Origin: Macrostomum lignano
Taxonomy: Eukaryota
NCBI GenBank assembly: GCA_002269645.1
Contig: NIVC01003855.1
Span: forward strand, 1-64,000
Direction: 5' to 3'
Length of the DNA stretch: 64,000 nt
Shown piece by piece: positions 1 through 12,400 of the stretch; within the stretch, counting starts at the first letter, position 1; the number at the start of each line of letters is the position of its first letter. The notes under the pieces are model-generated. The model worked only from the letters and a program-made list of their open reading frames with translations, ran no database searches and was not told the DNA's origin. A program made the position numbers and the translations under genes.

Positions 1-1642
1 TGCATTATTGAAGATTGTTTTCTAAGTTGATTATTTTTTTAAGTGAAGTGAAATAGATATAAGCATATGTAGTATATACTACTAAAAGAAGCAAAAGTAG
101 TGTTAGAAGACAAAATAGATCCTAGCAGTGCATGTAGAATGAGGCTATGACCCTTTGATCTTGATAATGCCTAGGATTGGAAATATATGCAATACATATA
201 CTAGTAGACCAATATACTGCTAAGGCCAGAATAATAGAATGCTACCAGAATAGTAAGAACATTACCTATATACTAATGATAGAATAATTATCAGACCAAA
301 TACTTAGACTTATGCTTATAAAATATCACAAACAAATACTCAGATTTATTGATACTTAGAAATACAGCAGGTAAGTAGAAAAATATGGCATAGTATGATA
401 TATGACAAAAATGGTGCAATTTGTTGCAAGACAAAAACTTTCAATGAGACAATATTTTTGCTAATAGAAAATTAACACATACTTTCTATTTATTTCACCT
501 TTTTGTTTGCCAGTGTATTGATGTCTTTTTAATTAAAATATGTCAACATTGCATTTCTATGAAACAGATTCATCTACAAGTTTTACTAGTATTTTCAAGC
601 AGAACATATGTGTGCAACTGCTAGCTGACCTGGCTGATCTGGCCACTAAATTATGGTGGACCAGGGGTAAGTTGCAAAAATTCCAACCCAAAGAATAAGG
701 ATGTAGTACTAATTAGATGCTGAGGCATTTAGGCCTGATAAGACAGTCATAGTTACTTTAGCAGTTTACCCAAAATTGCGTTAATTTTGCTTTAGGGTTT
801 CTTTCACAGGTAAGTTGCATTTTTGGTCAAAAAGTAAGTTGCATGGCCAATGTAAATCAGGGGGTTGCGCATGTATGAAGCAGAAAATACTGTTTTTTGT
901 AAAAGAACTATTTTGTAAAATTTTGTAAAAGAACTATTTTTTAAAAAGTTCTGGTATATGGCACAAGTAGACTTATTTGATAGAATTTATTCTGGTGCAT
1001 AGGGCAATCAAACTTTTTTGATAGGATTTATTCTGGTTGCACAGTGCAATCAAACTTTTTCGATAGGATTTGTTCTAGCATAGATATGCCATGATCCTAA
1101 CTATAGGATTATGACATTGAGGAGTATGTCATTTGAGAACATTGTTTGCTCTTTAAATATCCTAAGGACAAAAAAAATTAGGGGTAATACTCATTCTGAT
1201 GTAGATTGCCAACTGCTAGCACTATATGGTAGAATTGCTAGACAGCCTTATCTGATTCTTGATCTAAAATAGACTTCGACAAATCAAAGTTGCTATCCTA
1301 GTATGTCAAGCTTATAACTTATCAAGTTTTAAATGCAACAATAGGCCACATAGTGTAATATTCTTTTCTAGAAAGCAAGTACTTTGCTAGCCATTAGAAA
1401 ATATCATTGGTAGCTTAATGCTGCTGCTAGATTCTTATAATTCTTGATGAGATAGCATTTGTAAATGGCAAATGGTATATCATTTGTGAATATATTTGCT
1501 TCTATTGAATAGATTCAATGAATTGTAGAATAGGTATTAAAATATGTAGCATAAAAGTAGACTAGAATGGTAGGCAGAATAGCCAACAAAATTTAGTGAT
1601 ATAGTAAAGATTTTTTTCTTTGTTTTATGGGTACATGCTTGG

Positions 1643-1798
1643 GTGCAACCTAGGGATTCACCTGGCCATTTCTATTGGTAATACACATATGTAAGTTGCT
1701 ATTGGATGGAATAGTAGTCACGTGACTGCTCTTAGCCAATAGCAACTTACATGTGTATGTTGCCAATAGAAATAGCCAAGTGATTCCCTAGGTTGCAC
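1643..1798. repeat. Palindrome: 63-bp inverted arms centred on GTCACGTGAC
   Basis: 1643-1705 versus reverse complement of 1736-1798: 7 mismatches. Confidence 0.85.
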
Positions 1799-2391
1799 AT
1801 GTATGTATGGGTAAGTCATAAAACTAGAATAAGTTGCATGATGACCAATGTAATATTGAGGTTGTACATGTACAGTTGCAGTCATATTAAGAAGTTTAGG
1901 CTCTGTGAAATTCTTTGCATAATATTGCATGCATATGCAATCTTTGGAATTACACTAGCCATGTGAATTGTTTTTGGATAAATTTGAAAACTAAGTTGCA
2001 TTTTTAGTAAAAGCTAGAGTATTGTAACAATGGTCTTCAATTGGTCATAAAAATTTTAGAATTTTTAAACAGACACTACCACAATTTGACACTAGACACA
2101 AACAGTCTACCACAATTTATGCTGGCTTGGTTGGGCAGCACTTGCATATACAATAATGCAAATAATGCATATAAAATATAGATGTACTTTAGGAAGAATA
2201 TATTCTAACCTTTTTGTATATAATCATTAAGGTAAAAAATGTTTTTAAAATTAATGTTTTTCCTTCTATAAAAAGTGTGCTTATTTTATAGTAAATTTGG
2301 TCTCTGTCAGGCTTCAGTCAGTCGCCCAGCTGGCAACTAACAGAACGAATTTTACTTGTATTATAAACACTTCTCTCATGCTTAAATAACT

Positions 2392-5183
2392 ATGAAGCGA
2401 CCCATTGAAGACGAAGAATCTAGCTGTGCTAGTGCTGAGCCTACAGAATCCAAGCAGGCCAAGCTGGCCTCAGACTCGAACAATGATGCTGCAGTTGCAG
2501 CCACTGGCAATACTAGAAACTGTACTATCAATAGGCGGCGTGGAGATGTGAAGAAAGCCATTTTAATGCTGATGTATTCCGGATCTGGATACTATGGTAT
2601 GCAGCGCAATACTGGCTTTGATACTATTGAGGGCGCACTGTTTGATAGCTTGCTGGCTGGCGGTCACATTACCGAGGAGGAGTATTTATCGCCTGGTAAA
2701 CTACAATTCCAACGGGCATCTAAGACCGACAAAGGCGTGTCCGCGCTTGCTCAGGTTTGTTTGTTTTAGGCACAGATATCAGAATAACTGGAATTGTCAC
2801 TCGCACTTCAAGTTGTGAAAAAATCAAAGCGCCTACTCTCTCTTTTTCAGTATATCTGTGCAGTGTCACTTAAATTCATGTGCAGCTAAAATTTTCTTCC
2901 TCTTGTTTTCGTTCTCAGGAGCATACTGCATATGAGGTTAAGAATAAACAGCAAGCATATGATATAACTCGATGTACAAAAGTAAACGCAAGACGGACAA
3001 AACTCAGCCTAGGGGACAAGCCCTATCTAGCTTAGCCAATGAGAGAGCAGTAAGGAGAGAGGTCCAAGTTAGACGGACAAAACTCAGCCTAGGGGGCAGG
3101 CCCAATCTAGCTTAGCCAATGAGAGAACAGTAAGGAGAGAGGTCCAAGTCAGACGGACAAAACTCAGCCTAGGGGCAGGCCCAATCTAGCTTAGCCAATG
3201 AGAGAACAGTAAGAAGAGAGGTCAAAGTCAGACGGACAAAACTCAGCCTAGGGGACAAGCCCTATCTAGCTTAGCCAATGAGAGAGCAGTAAGGAGAGAG
3301 GTCCAAGTCAGACGGACAAAACTCAGCCTAGGGGCAGGCCCAATCTAGCTCAGCCAATGAGAGAGCTGTAAGGAGAGAGGTCCAAGTCAGACGGACAAAA
3401 CTCAGCCTAGGGGGCAGGCCCAATCTAGCTCAGCCAATGAGAGAGCAGTAAGAAGAGAGGTCAAAGTCAGACGGACAAAACTCAGCCTAGGGGACAAGCC
3501 CTATCTAGCTTAGCCAATGAGAGAGCAGTAAGGAGAGAGGTCCAAGTCAGACGGACAAAACTCAGCCTAGGGGGCAGGCCCAATCTAGCTCAGCCAATGA
3601 GTGAGCAGTAAGGAGAGAGGGTCAAAGTCAGACGGACAAAACTCAGCCTAGGGGGCAGGCCCAATCTAGCTCAGCCAATGAGTGAGCAGTAAGAAGAGAG
3701 GTCCAAGTCAGACGGACAAAACTCAGCCTAGGGGGCAGGCCCAATCTAGCTTAGCCAATGAGAGAACAGTAAGAAGAGAGGTCAAAGTCAGACGGACAAA
3801 ACTCAGCCTAGGGGACAAGCCCTATCTAGCTTAGCCAATGAGAGAGCAGTAAGGAGAGAGGTCCAAGTCAGACGGACAAAACTCAGCCTAGGGGGGCAGG
3901 CCCAATCTAGCTCAGCCAATGAGTGAGCAGTAAGGAGAGAGGGTCAAAGTCAGACGGACAAAACTCAGCCTAGGGGGGCAGGCCCAATCTAGCTCAGCCA
4001 ATGAGTGAGCAGTAAGAAGAGAGGTCCAAGTCAGACGGACAAAACTCAGCCTAGGGGCAGGCCCAATCTAGCTCAGCCAATGAGTGAGCAGTAAGGAGAG
4101 AGGTCCAAGTCAGACTGAAAAAACTCAGTCTAGGGGGCAGGCCCGATCTACCTTAGCCAATGAGAGAGCAGTAAGGAGAGAGGTCAAAGTCAGACGCAAG
4201 CGAGCAAGAGGAAAACCCAACTGTGTATCGGCCTGGCGCGCCACCCATTCTCTTGCTCGCCATGCATACGCACTTTTTCGCTACAAAAAAAGTATATTAG
4301 CGCATTGTTTGCAATTTACATCTTTAGTTATTCTACTAGTAATATGTGGTTTTGTATTGTTTACGAATTTGAGTACCAATTTTCGCGACTTATTATATAT
4401 TCCTTTGCCTTATTTGCTCTAATCGTTTACCTGCTTATTAAAATCTGTCCCGACTCCCAGGTGGTGTCTATGAAGCTCAACTTAAGCGACGCAGACTCCT
4501 TAAAAGCCGACGTGAACAGTCGCCTGCCAACGCAAATTCGCCTATTAGACGTATTTCGAACCACAAAGAATTTCAATTGCAAGGCTAGAGTTAATCATAG
4601 GGAATACGCGTACATCTGCCCAAGCTATGCATTCGCCTCAAAGAGCCGGCCAATCGACATAACTTATCGCATCGACTCGACACAACTGGAACTGCTGCGC
4701 TCCTGTCTGTCGCGCTACAAAGGCACAAAGAACTATTATAACTTCACGTCCGGTAGGCCCCCCGGAGACGCCTCCTGCAATCGGTACATTATCGATTTCA
4801 CTGTTGGGGAGCCGTTCGAGTATCGCGACGCCGAATTTGTTGAACTGAGAGTTCGCGGCCAGAGCTTTATGCTGCATCAGATACGGAAAATGGTCGGCCT
4901 AGCCATTGCTATTGTTAAAGGCTACTGCCGGCTGGAAGCTATGGATGCCGTTTTCACCTATAAGTATGCTGCTATGTGTATCTTAAACCTGTCTGTCTGT
5001 GTCTGTCTGTCTCTCGCTGTCTGTCTGTCTGTCTGCCTGCCTCAGCCTTAGGTCTATCTGCTGTCTGTCTGTCTGTCTGTCTGTGTATCTGTCTGTGTGT
5101 ATGTCTGTCTGCCTGTCTTTCTGCCTGCCTGTCTGTCTGCCTGTCTGTCTGTCTGTCTGTCTGTATGTCTGTCTGTGTCTGTA

Positions 5184-5214
<31 letters not shown>

Positions 5215-5713
5215 ATCTGTGTCTGTATGTCTGTCTGTGTGTCTATCTGTCTGTCTGTCTGTATCTGTGTCTATATGTCTGTCTGTCTGTTAATGTGTCT
5301 GTGTGTCTGTCTCTGTTATTGCGTGTCTATTTTTTATCTCCTCTCATCTCTGACCTCCTCTCGTCTCTCTTCTATTCCCTCTCCTTTGCTGTCACTTGCC
5401 AACTGCCGAGCCCTGACTTAAATCTAGCAGCGTCTCCATTTTGTGTCAAAATCAAATTTCAGGCGTATGGACGTGCCTAAAGCTCCCGGATTAGGCCTGC
5501 TGCTTAATAAAATTCACTACGGCGCCTACAACGAGAAGTACGCAGCAGAATTGGGCTACTCAACTGTCGATTGGGATCGGTTTGAAGCCGAGCGGTGAGT
5601 ACTGACTTTTGTTGTGTAGAAAACAAATGGTCCTCGGGCTGAAACAGACAGCCAGACAGCCACACAGACAGACAGATAGACAGGCAGGCAGGCAGACACA
5701 CAGACAGACAGGC

Positions 5714-5758
<45 letters not shown>

Positions 5759-5871
5759 GGCAGACGGACAGACAGACAGGCAGGCAGGCAAGCAGGCAGG
5801 CAGACAGAGACAGACAGAGACAGACAGACAGAGACAGGCAGACAGGCAGGCAGACAGACAGACAGACAGAC

Positions 5872-5914
<43 letters not shown>

Positions 5915-5920
5915 GGCAGG

Positions 5921-5974
<54 letters not shown>

Positions 5975-5980
5975 GGCAGG

Positions 5981-6036
<56 letters not shown>

Positions 6037-6516
6037 GACAGACACTAAAAAGGACAGGCAGACAGAGACAGACACTAAAACGAACAGACAGATAGAATAA
6101 CGATACTATACTCCATAAGTGTTTATAGATTATCGTCTGTTTGTGAAAGTCTATACATTTTAGTTACTTAATAAGTAGTATATATTCAAAGAAGGCAAAT
6201 TTCGTGTGTCCAATACAGTCCCTAACATGCCAGTCCCCTGTCCTACATGACCAATCAATTCAGAAGCGAATTCAAGTCCAGTCACATTCTGCCAGAAATT
6301 TATCGCGGCGAAACCGACAATCGAAGCATGCTAGAGTGGCTGAGGACGCTCACTATGCATTCGTACGACTTTGATCGACAGGATGGACCTCCGACGGTTT
6401 TTAAGCAGCAGCAGCAGCAGCAGTCTGAGCAGCCTAAACAGTCTGAGCAAGATTCTCAATCCGAGGCTGCATCGTCTGAGCCCAACAGTGCTGGCGCTTT
6501 GAATACTGGCTCCTAA
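2392..6516 (+). CDS. PUS1: tRNA pseudouridine synthase 1 (TruA family); exons 2392-2754, 4461-4963, 5463-5594, 6264-6516; ~416 aa
   Basis: GT-AG introns join in frame (phases 0,2,2). Motifs [24 protein letters not shown] (catalytic Asp), [48 protein letters not shown]...SMLEWL match the eukaryotic PUS1 pattern. Confidence 0.95.
2991..4195 (+). repeat. ~80-bp tandem repeat, ~15 copies, PUS1 intron 1
   Basis: AGACGGACAAAACTCAGCCTAGGGG...AGCCAATGAG...GGTCCAAGTC recurs at 2991, 3071, 3151 and onward. Confidence 0.95.
4990..5320 (+). repeat. Degenerate (CTGT)n microsatellite, PUS1 intron 2
   Basis: Direct inspection. Confidence 0.95.
5640..6095 (+). repeat. (GACA)n microsatellite, PUS1 intron 3
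   Basis: Direct inspection. Confidence 0.95.
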
Positions 6517-6994
6517 AACTCTGTTTATTGTGCCTAAGTAGCCACCTATCTGTTTCTGCTTGTGTTTTTATGTCTTAGTAATGAAAGCATTTTAATTTTG
6601 AAAAACTTTAAATGAGAATATAGAAGTGCCTAATGTACTTTTGAAGTGTGGGAGACGATTTTCATTGTCAATGTCAGGGGTCGGTGAACCTTTTTTATGT
6701 TAAGGAGGAGATTAATAATCTAGCTTGAGAAAAAAGATGATGAGAGTGAAAAGGGAACAAAGCTGAGAAGAGACACAAACCTTGATCAGGTCAGGATCAG
6801 ATAGAGAGGCTTGGAGCTTCGCAGTTAGCGGATCCCTGTTCCGTGAAGTTGACTATACCTACTGTAATTGAAGTTTGTGCGTGTTGAAACTAATTGCTTT
6901 GCGGCATTGTTGTTGAGAATCTTTTCAAAGGAACAAACTCTAGTTACTCTGGTATCTGTGGTTTTGTGTTAATTAACGAATTCGGGTACCAATT

Positions 6995-7085
6995 CAGACA
7001 GACTGACAAACAGACGGACAGACAGACAGACAGGCAGGCAGATAGATAGATAGACAGACAGACACAGACAGACAGACAGACAGAC

Positions 7086-7142
<57 letters not shown>

Positions 7143-7205
7143 CAGACAGACAGACAGCGACAGACAGACAGACAGACATCGACAGATAGACAGACAGACA
7201 TCGAC

Positions 7206-7262
<57 letters not shown>

Positions 7263-7465
7263 CACAGACAGACACACAGACAGACAGACAGACAGACATC
7301 GACAGATAGACAGACAGACATCGACAGATAGACAGGCAGACAGACAGACAGACACACAGACAGACACACAGACAGACACACAGACAGACACACAGACAGA
7401 CAGACAGACAGACAGACATCGACAGATAGACAGACAGACATCGACAGATAGACAGGCAGACAGAC

Positions 7466-7496
<31 letters not shown>

Positions 7497-7670
7497 TAGA
7501 CAGACAGACAGACAGACACAGTCAGACAGACAGCGACAGATAGAAAGACTGAAAGACAGAGAGATAGAAAGACAATAAAACGGACAGACGGACAGACAGA
7601 GACAGGCAGACACTAAAGCGGATAGACAGAGACAGACACTAAAACAGACCGACAGATAGACAGACACTAG
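6995..7670 (+). repeat. (GACA)/(GATA)n microsatellite, flanked by a diverged ~80-bp direct repeat (~6850-6930, ~7715-7790)
   Basis: Direct inspection; flanks share CTACTGTAATTGAA...ATTGCTTTGCGGC...TTGTTGAGAAT. Confidence 0.9.
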
Positions 7671-8479
7671 AACGGGCAGACATGCAGAAACTGTGGGGGC
7701 TCGCTTTGCAAACCCTACTGTAATTGAAATTCGTGTGCGTTTTAATACAAATTGCTTTGCGGCTTGGTTGTTGAGAATTATTTAATAAAAAAGTAACAAT
7801 CTGATTGTTGCGACTCTTCTAGTCTTAATTAATTTAATTGGTTTTGACTCAAAGCTTAGATAAACATAGGCTCAATCCTTATCAGGCTCCCGAATATCCC
7901 GTCATGCCTGTTGGTAGACGATAAATCCATTGAATACTCGTACTTAAGTGGGAAATGGGTGCGGAGTTGCTCAGTATAACGCGTTTGATTTACGCGTCAA
8001 AGTATTCCCGGAGTTCGATTCCGTATTCACGGCCACATGTAACTTTGTTTCAAAATGGCATTGCTTGTTCCTTCCTGATGCTGTCTGAACTGCTGCTAGA
8101 TCCAGTTTATTGGCTAGTGCACTATATAGTTCAGTGTGCGCTTAACAATTTGCTGCAGTACATTGTGTTCCTGGCGATTGACGGCATTTTTAAAGTGTTA
8201 CTGCAACACGAAGCGTAAGTTTCTCAGAGATTTTGATGAGGTCTATTATTGAATAATTGTCTTACGTTGGTCCATGAGAATCGCCTCAAACAGTCCTTGA
8301 GAGTCGCCTTGAGCGGGATCCTTAAAAGTTGTTTGGAGACGGTCCTCGAAAATCTCTTTAAAAGCTCATTAGAATTTGTTTGGAAGCTTTACCGAGAAAC
8401 TTCCTACAGTCTTTAAGAATCGCTCTTTAACGGTCCTTGATTCACCTTGAGTGGTGAATCAACGGTCCTTGAGAGTAGA

Positions 8480-9170
8480 TCTAAACATAAACAGTCCTTG
8501 AGAGTCGCCTCAAACGGTACTCGAGAATAGCCTCAAACGGCTCTTGAGAATAGCCTCAAACGGTTCTTGAGAATAGTCTTAAACGGTTCTTGAGAATAGC
8601 CTCAAACAGTTCTTGAGAATCGCCTTAAGAAGTCCTTGAGAATCTCCTGAAGGAGTCCTTGAGAATCGCCTCAAACGGTCCTTGAGAATCGCCTCAAACG
8701 GTCCTTGAGAATCGCCTCAAACGGTCCTTAAGAATCGCCTCAAACGGTCCTGAGAGTCGCCTCAAACGGTTCTTGAGAATCGCCTCAAACGGTCCTTAAG
8801 AATCGCCTCAAACGGTCCTTGAGAATAGCCTCAAACGGTTCTTGAGAATAGCCCTAAACGGTTCTTGAGAATAGCCTCAAACGGTCCTTGAGAATAGCCT
8901 CAAACGGTTCTTGAGAATAGCCTTAAACGGTTCTTGAGAATAGCCTCAAACAGTTCTTGAGAATCGCCTTAAGAAGTCCTTGAGAATCTCCTTAAGGAGT
9001 CCTTGAGAATCGCCTCAAACGGTCCTTGAGAATCGCCTCAAACGGTCCTTGAGAATCGCCTCAAACGGTCCTTGAGAGTCGCCTCAAACGGTTCTTGAGA
9101 AATCGCCTCAAACAGTTTTTGAGAATCGCCTCAAACAGTCCTTGAGAATTGCTCTTTAACGGTCCTTGAT
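8480..9170 (+). repeat. 23-bp minisatellite GAGAATCGCCTCAAACGGTCCTT
   Basis: Direct inspection; degenerate copies extend upstream to ~8270. Confidence 0.92.
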
Positions 9171-9403
9171 TCAACTTGAATAGTCTTCTAGTATCGTGTA
9201 TTGTCTTTAACGGTTCACGAGAATCGATTTAATCGGTAATTGAAAATCGCCTTAACGGTTCTAAAAATTATCCCAATAAATACCAAGAAAGTCTAACCGG
9301 TCTCAAAATTAATTATTTCAGTCTGCTCCAAAGCCGAACATGGCACTACTTTCTAGCCGAAGGCGGCCTATTAGCCCTAGTCGCGGGTTCGATTCGCTAC
9401 ACA

Positions 9404-12400
9404 ATGTCGCTAAGTCCATTGCTACTCTGGCTATTATCGGTCTGTAATTTACTGTACGGCCTGCTCAGAATTTGGTTCGGTCAATCGGATATTGTCTCTG
9501 TAGTGCGGCGCGTTCTAAGCGCCCTAGGCGCCACCTGTCTGTTTCTGTACGGACAGTGGCACCATTGGTGGCGCCAGCAGCCGCCGCACCCGGATCTCCA
9601 GGTGGACCAACCGGTGTGGCAGAACCGGCCAGCTCAGTCTGGCACCTGCGTTGCTACACCTCGATTTGGTTCTAATAATAGATTGACTGCTACAAATGCT
9701 ACTGCTAGTACTAATCAGGTGTTGGCATGGCAACCGGCGCCAGCTGATACGGGCAGCGTCATTGGCAACCTGTGCATGAGGCTAGTTGGTCGGCAACAGC
9801 AGCAGCAGCAACAACATGATCAGCATGAACTGCTGTGGCATCGAGACAGACCAATAGGCTGTGTTAATCTTGGCAGCAGCAATTCCTGCTTTATGAATGC
9901 CTGCCTGCAAATTCTGTTTAGCAGCGAACGATTCCTCGCCGCTCTCCGTTCGTGCGGACGGAATCGCTCGGCCTCGCCAAGTCACGAAGCCGTGCTGGAC
10001 GCTTTGCAAACTCTGGCTGACCGGTGAGGGGCTTTGGTGAATTTTTAGAGTTCGCACCTGTTGCGTTTTGTAGATTCCATGATGATGCGATCCCAGATAC
10101 TGTCTTAGCCTTAGGGATTTAAATTCTAAAATCCTGAAGATCTCGTGTTGTAATCTCCGTGATTCTAATGCTACACCCTGAGAGATCCCAGCATTAACAC
10201 CCTGAGAGATCTCAACATTACACCCTGAGATATCCCGACTTTACACCCTGAGAGATCTCAACATTACACCCTGAGATATCCCGACATTACACCCCGAGAG
10301 ATCTCAACATTACACCCTGAGATATCCCGACTTTACACCCTGAGAGATCTCAACATTACACCCTGAGATATCCCGACTTTACACCCTGAGAGATCTCAAC
10401 ATTACACCCTGAGATATCCCGACTTTACACCCTGAGAGATCTCAACATTACACCCTGAGATATCCCGACATTACACCCTGAGAGATCTCAACATTACACA
10501 CTGAGATATCCCAGCATTACACCCTGAGAGATCTCAACATTACACCCTGAGATATCCCGACATTACACCCCGAGAGATCTCAACATTACACCCTGAGATA
10601 TCCCGACATTACACCCTGAGAGATCTCAACATTACACCCTGAGATATCCCGACTTTACACCCTGAGAGATCTCAACATTACACCCTGAGATATCCCGACA
10701 TTACACCCTGAGAGATCTCAACATTACACCCTGAGATATCCCGACTTTACACCCTGAGAGATCTCAACATTACACCCTGAGATATCCCGACTTTACACCC
10801 TGAGAGATCTCAACATTACACCCTGAGATATCCCGACTTTACACCCTGAGAGATCTCAACATTACACCCTGAGATATCCCGACATTACACCCTGAGAGAT
10901 CTCAACATTACACACTGGGATATCCCAGCATTACACCCTGAGAGATCTCAACATTACACCCTGAGATATCCCGACTTTACACCCTGAGAGATCTCAACAT
11001 TACACCCTGAGATATCCCGACTTTACACCCTGAGAGATCTCAACATTACACCCTGAGATATCCCGACTTTACACCCTGAGAGATCTCAACATTACACCCT
11101 GAGATATCCCGACATTACACCCTGAGAGATCTCAACATTACACACTGAGATATCCCAGCATTACACCCTGAGAGATCTCAACGTTACACCCTGAGATATC
11201 CCGACATTACACCCTGAGAGATCTCAACATTACACCCTGAGATATCCCGACATTACACCCTGAGAGATCTCAACGTTACACCCTGAGATATTCCAGCATT
11301 ACACCCTGATAGATCTCAACAATACACCCTGAGATATCCCAGCATTACACCCTGAGAGATCTCAACATTACACCCTGAGATATCCCAGCATTACACCCTG
11401 AGAGATCTCAACATTACACTCTGGGAGATCCCAGCATTACACCCTTAGAGATCTCAACATTACACTCTGGGAGATCCCAGCATTATACCCTGAGAGATCT
11501 CAACATTACACTCTGGGAGATCCCAGCATTACACCCTGAGAGATCTCAACATTACACTCTGGGAGATCCCAGCATTACACCCTGGGAGATCCCAGCATTA
11601 CACCCTGAGATATCCCAGCATTACACCCTGAGAGATCTCAACATTACACTCTGGGAGATCCCAGCATTACACCCTGAGAGATCTCAACATTACACACTGA
11701 GATATCCCAGCATTACACCCTGAGAGATCTCAACATTACACCCTGAGATATCCCGACTTTACACCCTGAGAGATCTCAACATTACACCCTGAGATATCCC
11801 GACTTTACACCCTGAGAGATCTCAACATTACACCCTGAGATATCCCGACTTTACACCCTGAGAGATCTCAACATTACACCCTGAGATATCCCGACATTAC
11901 ACCCTGAGAGATCTCAACATTACACACTGAGATATCCCAGCATTACACCCTGAGAGATCTCAACGTTACACCCTGAGATATCCCGACATTACACCCTGAG
12001 AGATCTCAACATTACACACTGAGATATCCCGACTTTACACCCTGAGAGATCTCAACATTACACCCTGAGATATCCCGACATTACACCCTGAGAGATCTCA
12101 ACATTACACCCTGAGATATCCCGACATTACACCCTGAGAGATCTCAACATTACACACTGAGATATCCCGACTTTACACCCTGAGAGATCTCAACATTACA
12201 CCCTGAGATATCCCGACATTACACCCTGAGAGATCTCAACATTACACACTGAGATATCCCAGCATTACACCCTGAGAGATCTCAACGTTACACCCTGAGA
12301 TATTCCAGCATTACACCCTGATAGATCTCAACAATACACCCTGAGATATCCCAGCATTACACCCTGAGAGATCTCAACATTACACCCTGAGATATCCCAG

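Noticed and set aside
4976-7667. Long ORFs reading SVCL/RQTD/SIYL repeats (also at 34201-34864 and 49635-50832)
   Set aside because: Translations of stop-free tetranucleotide microsatellites lying in introns or intergenic DNA.
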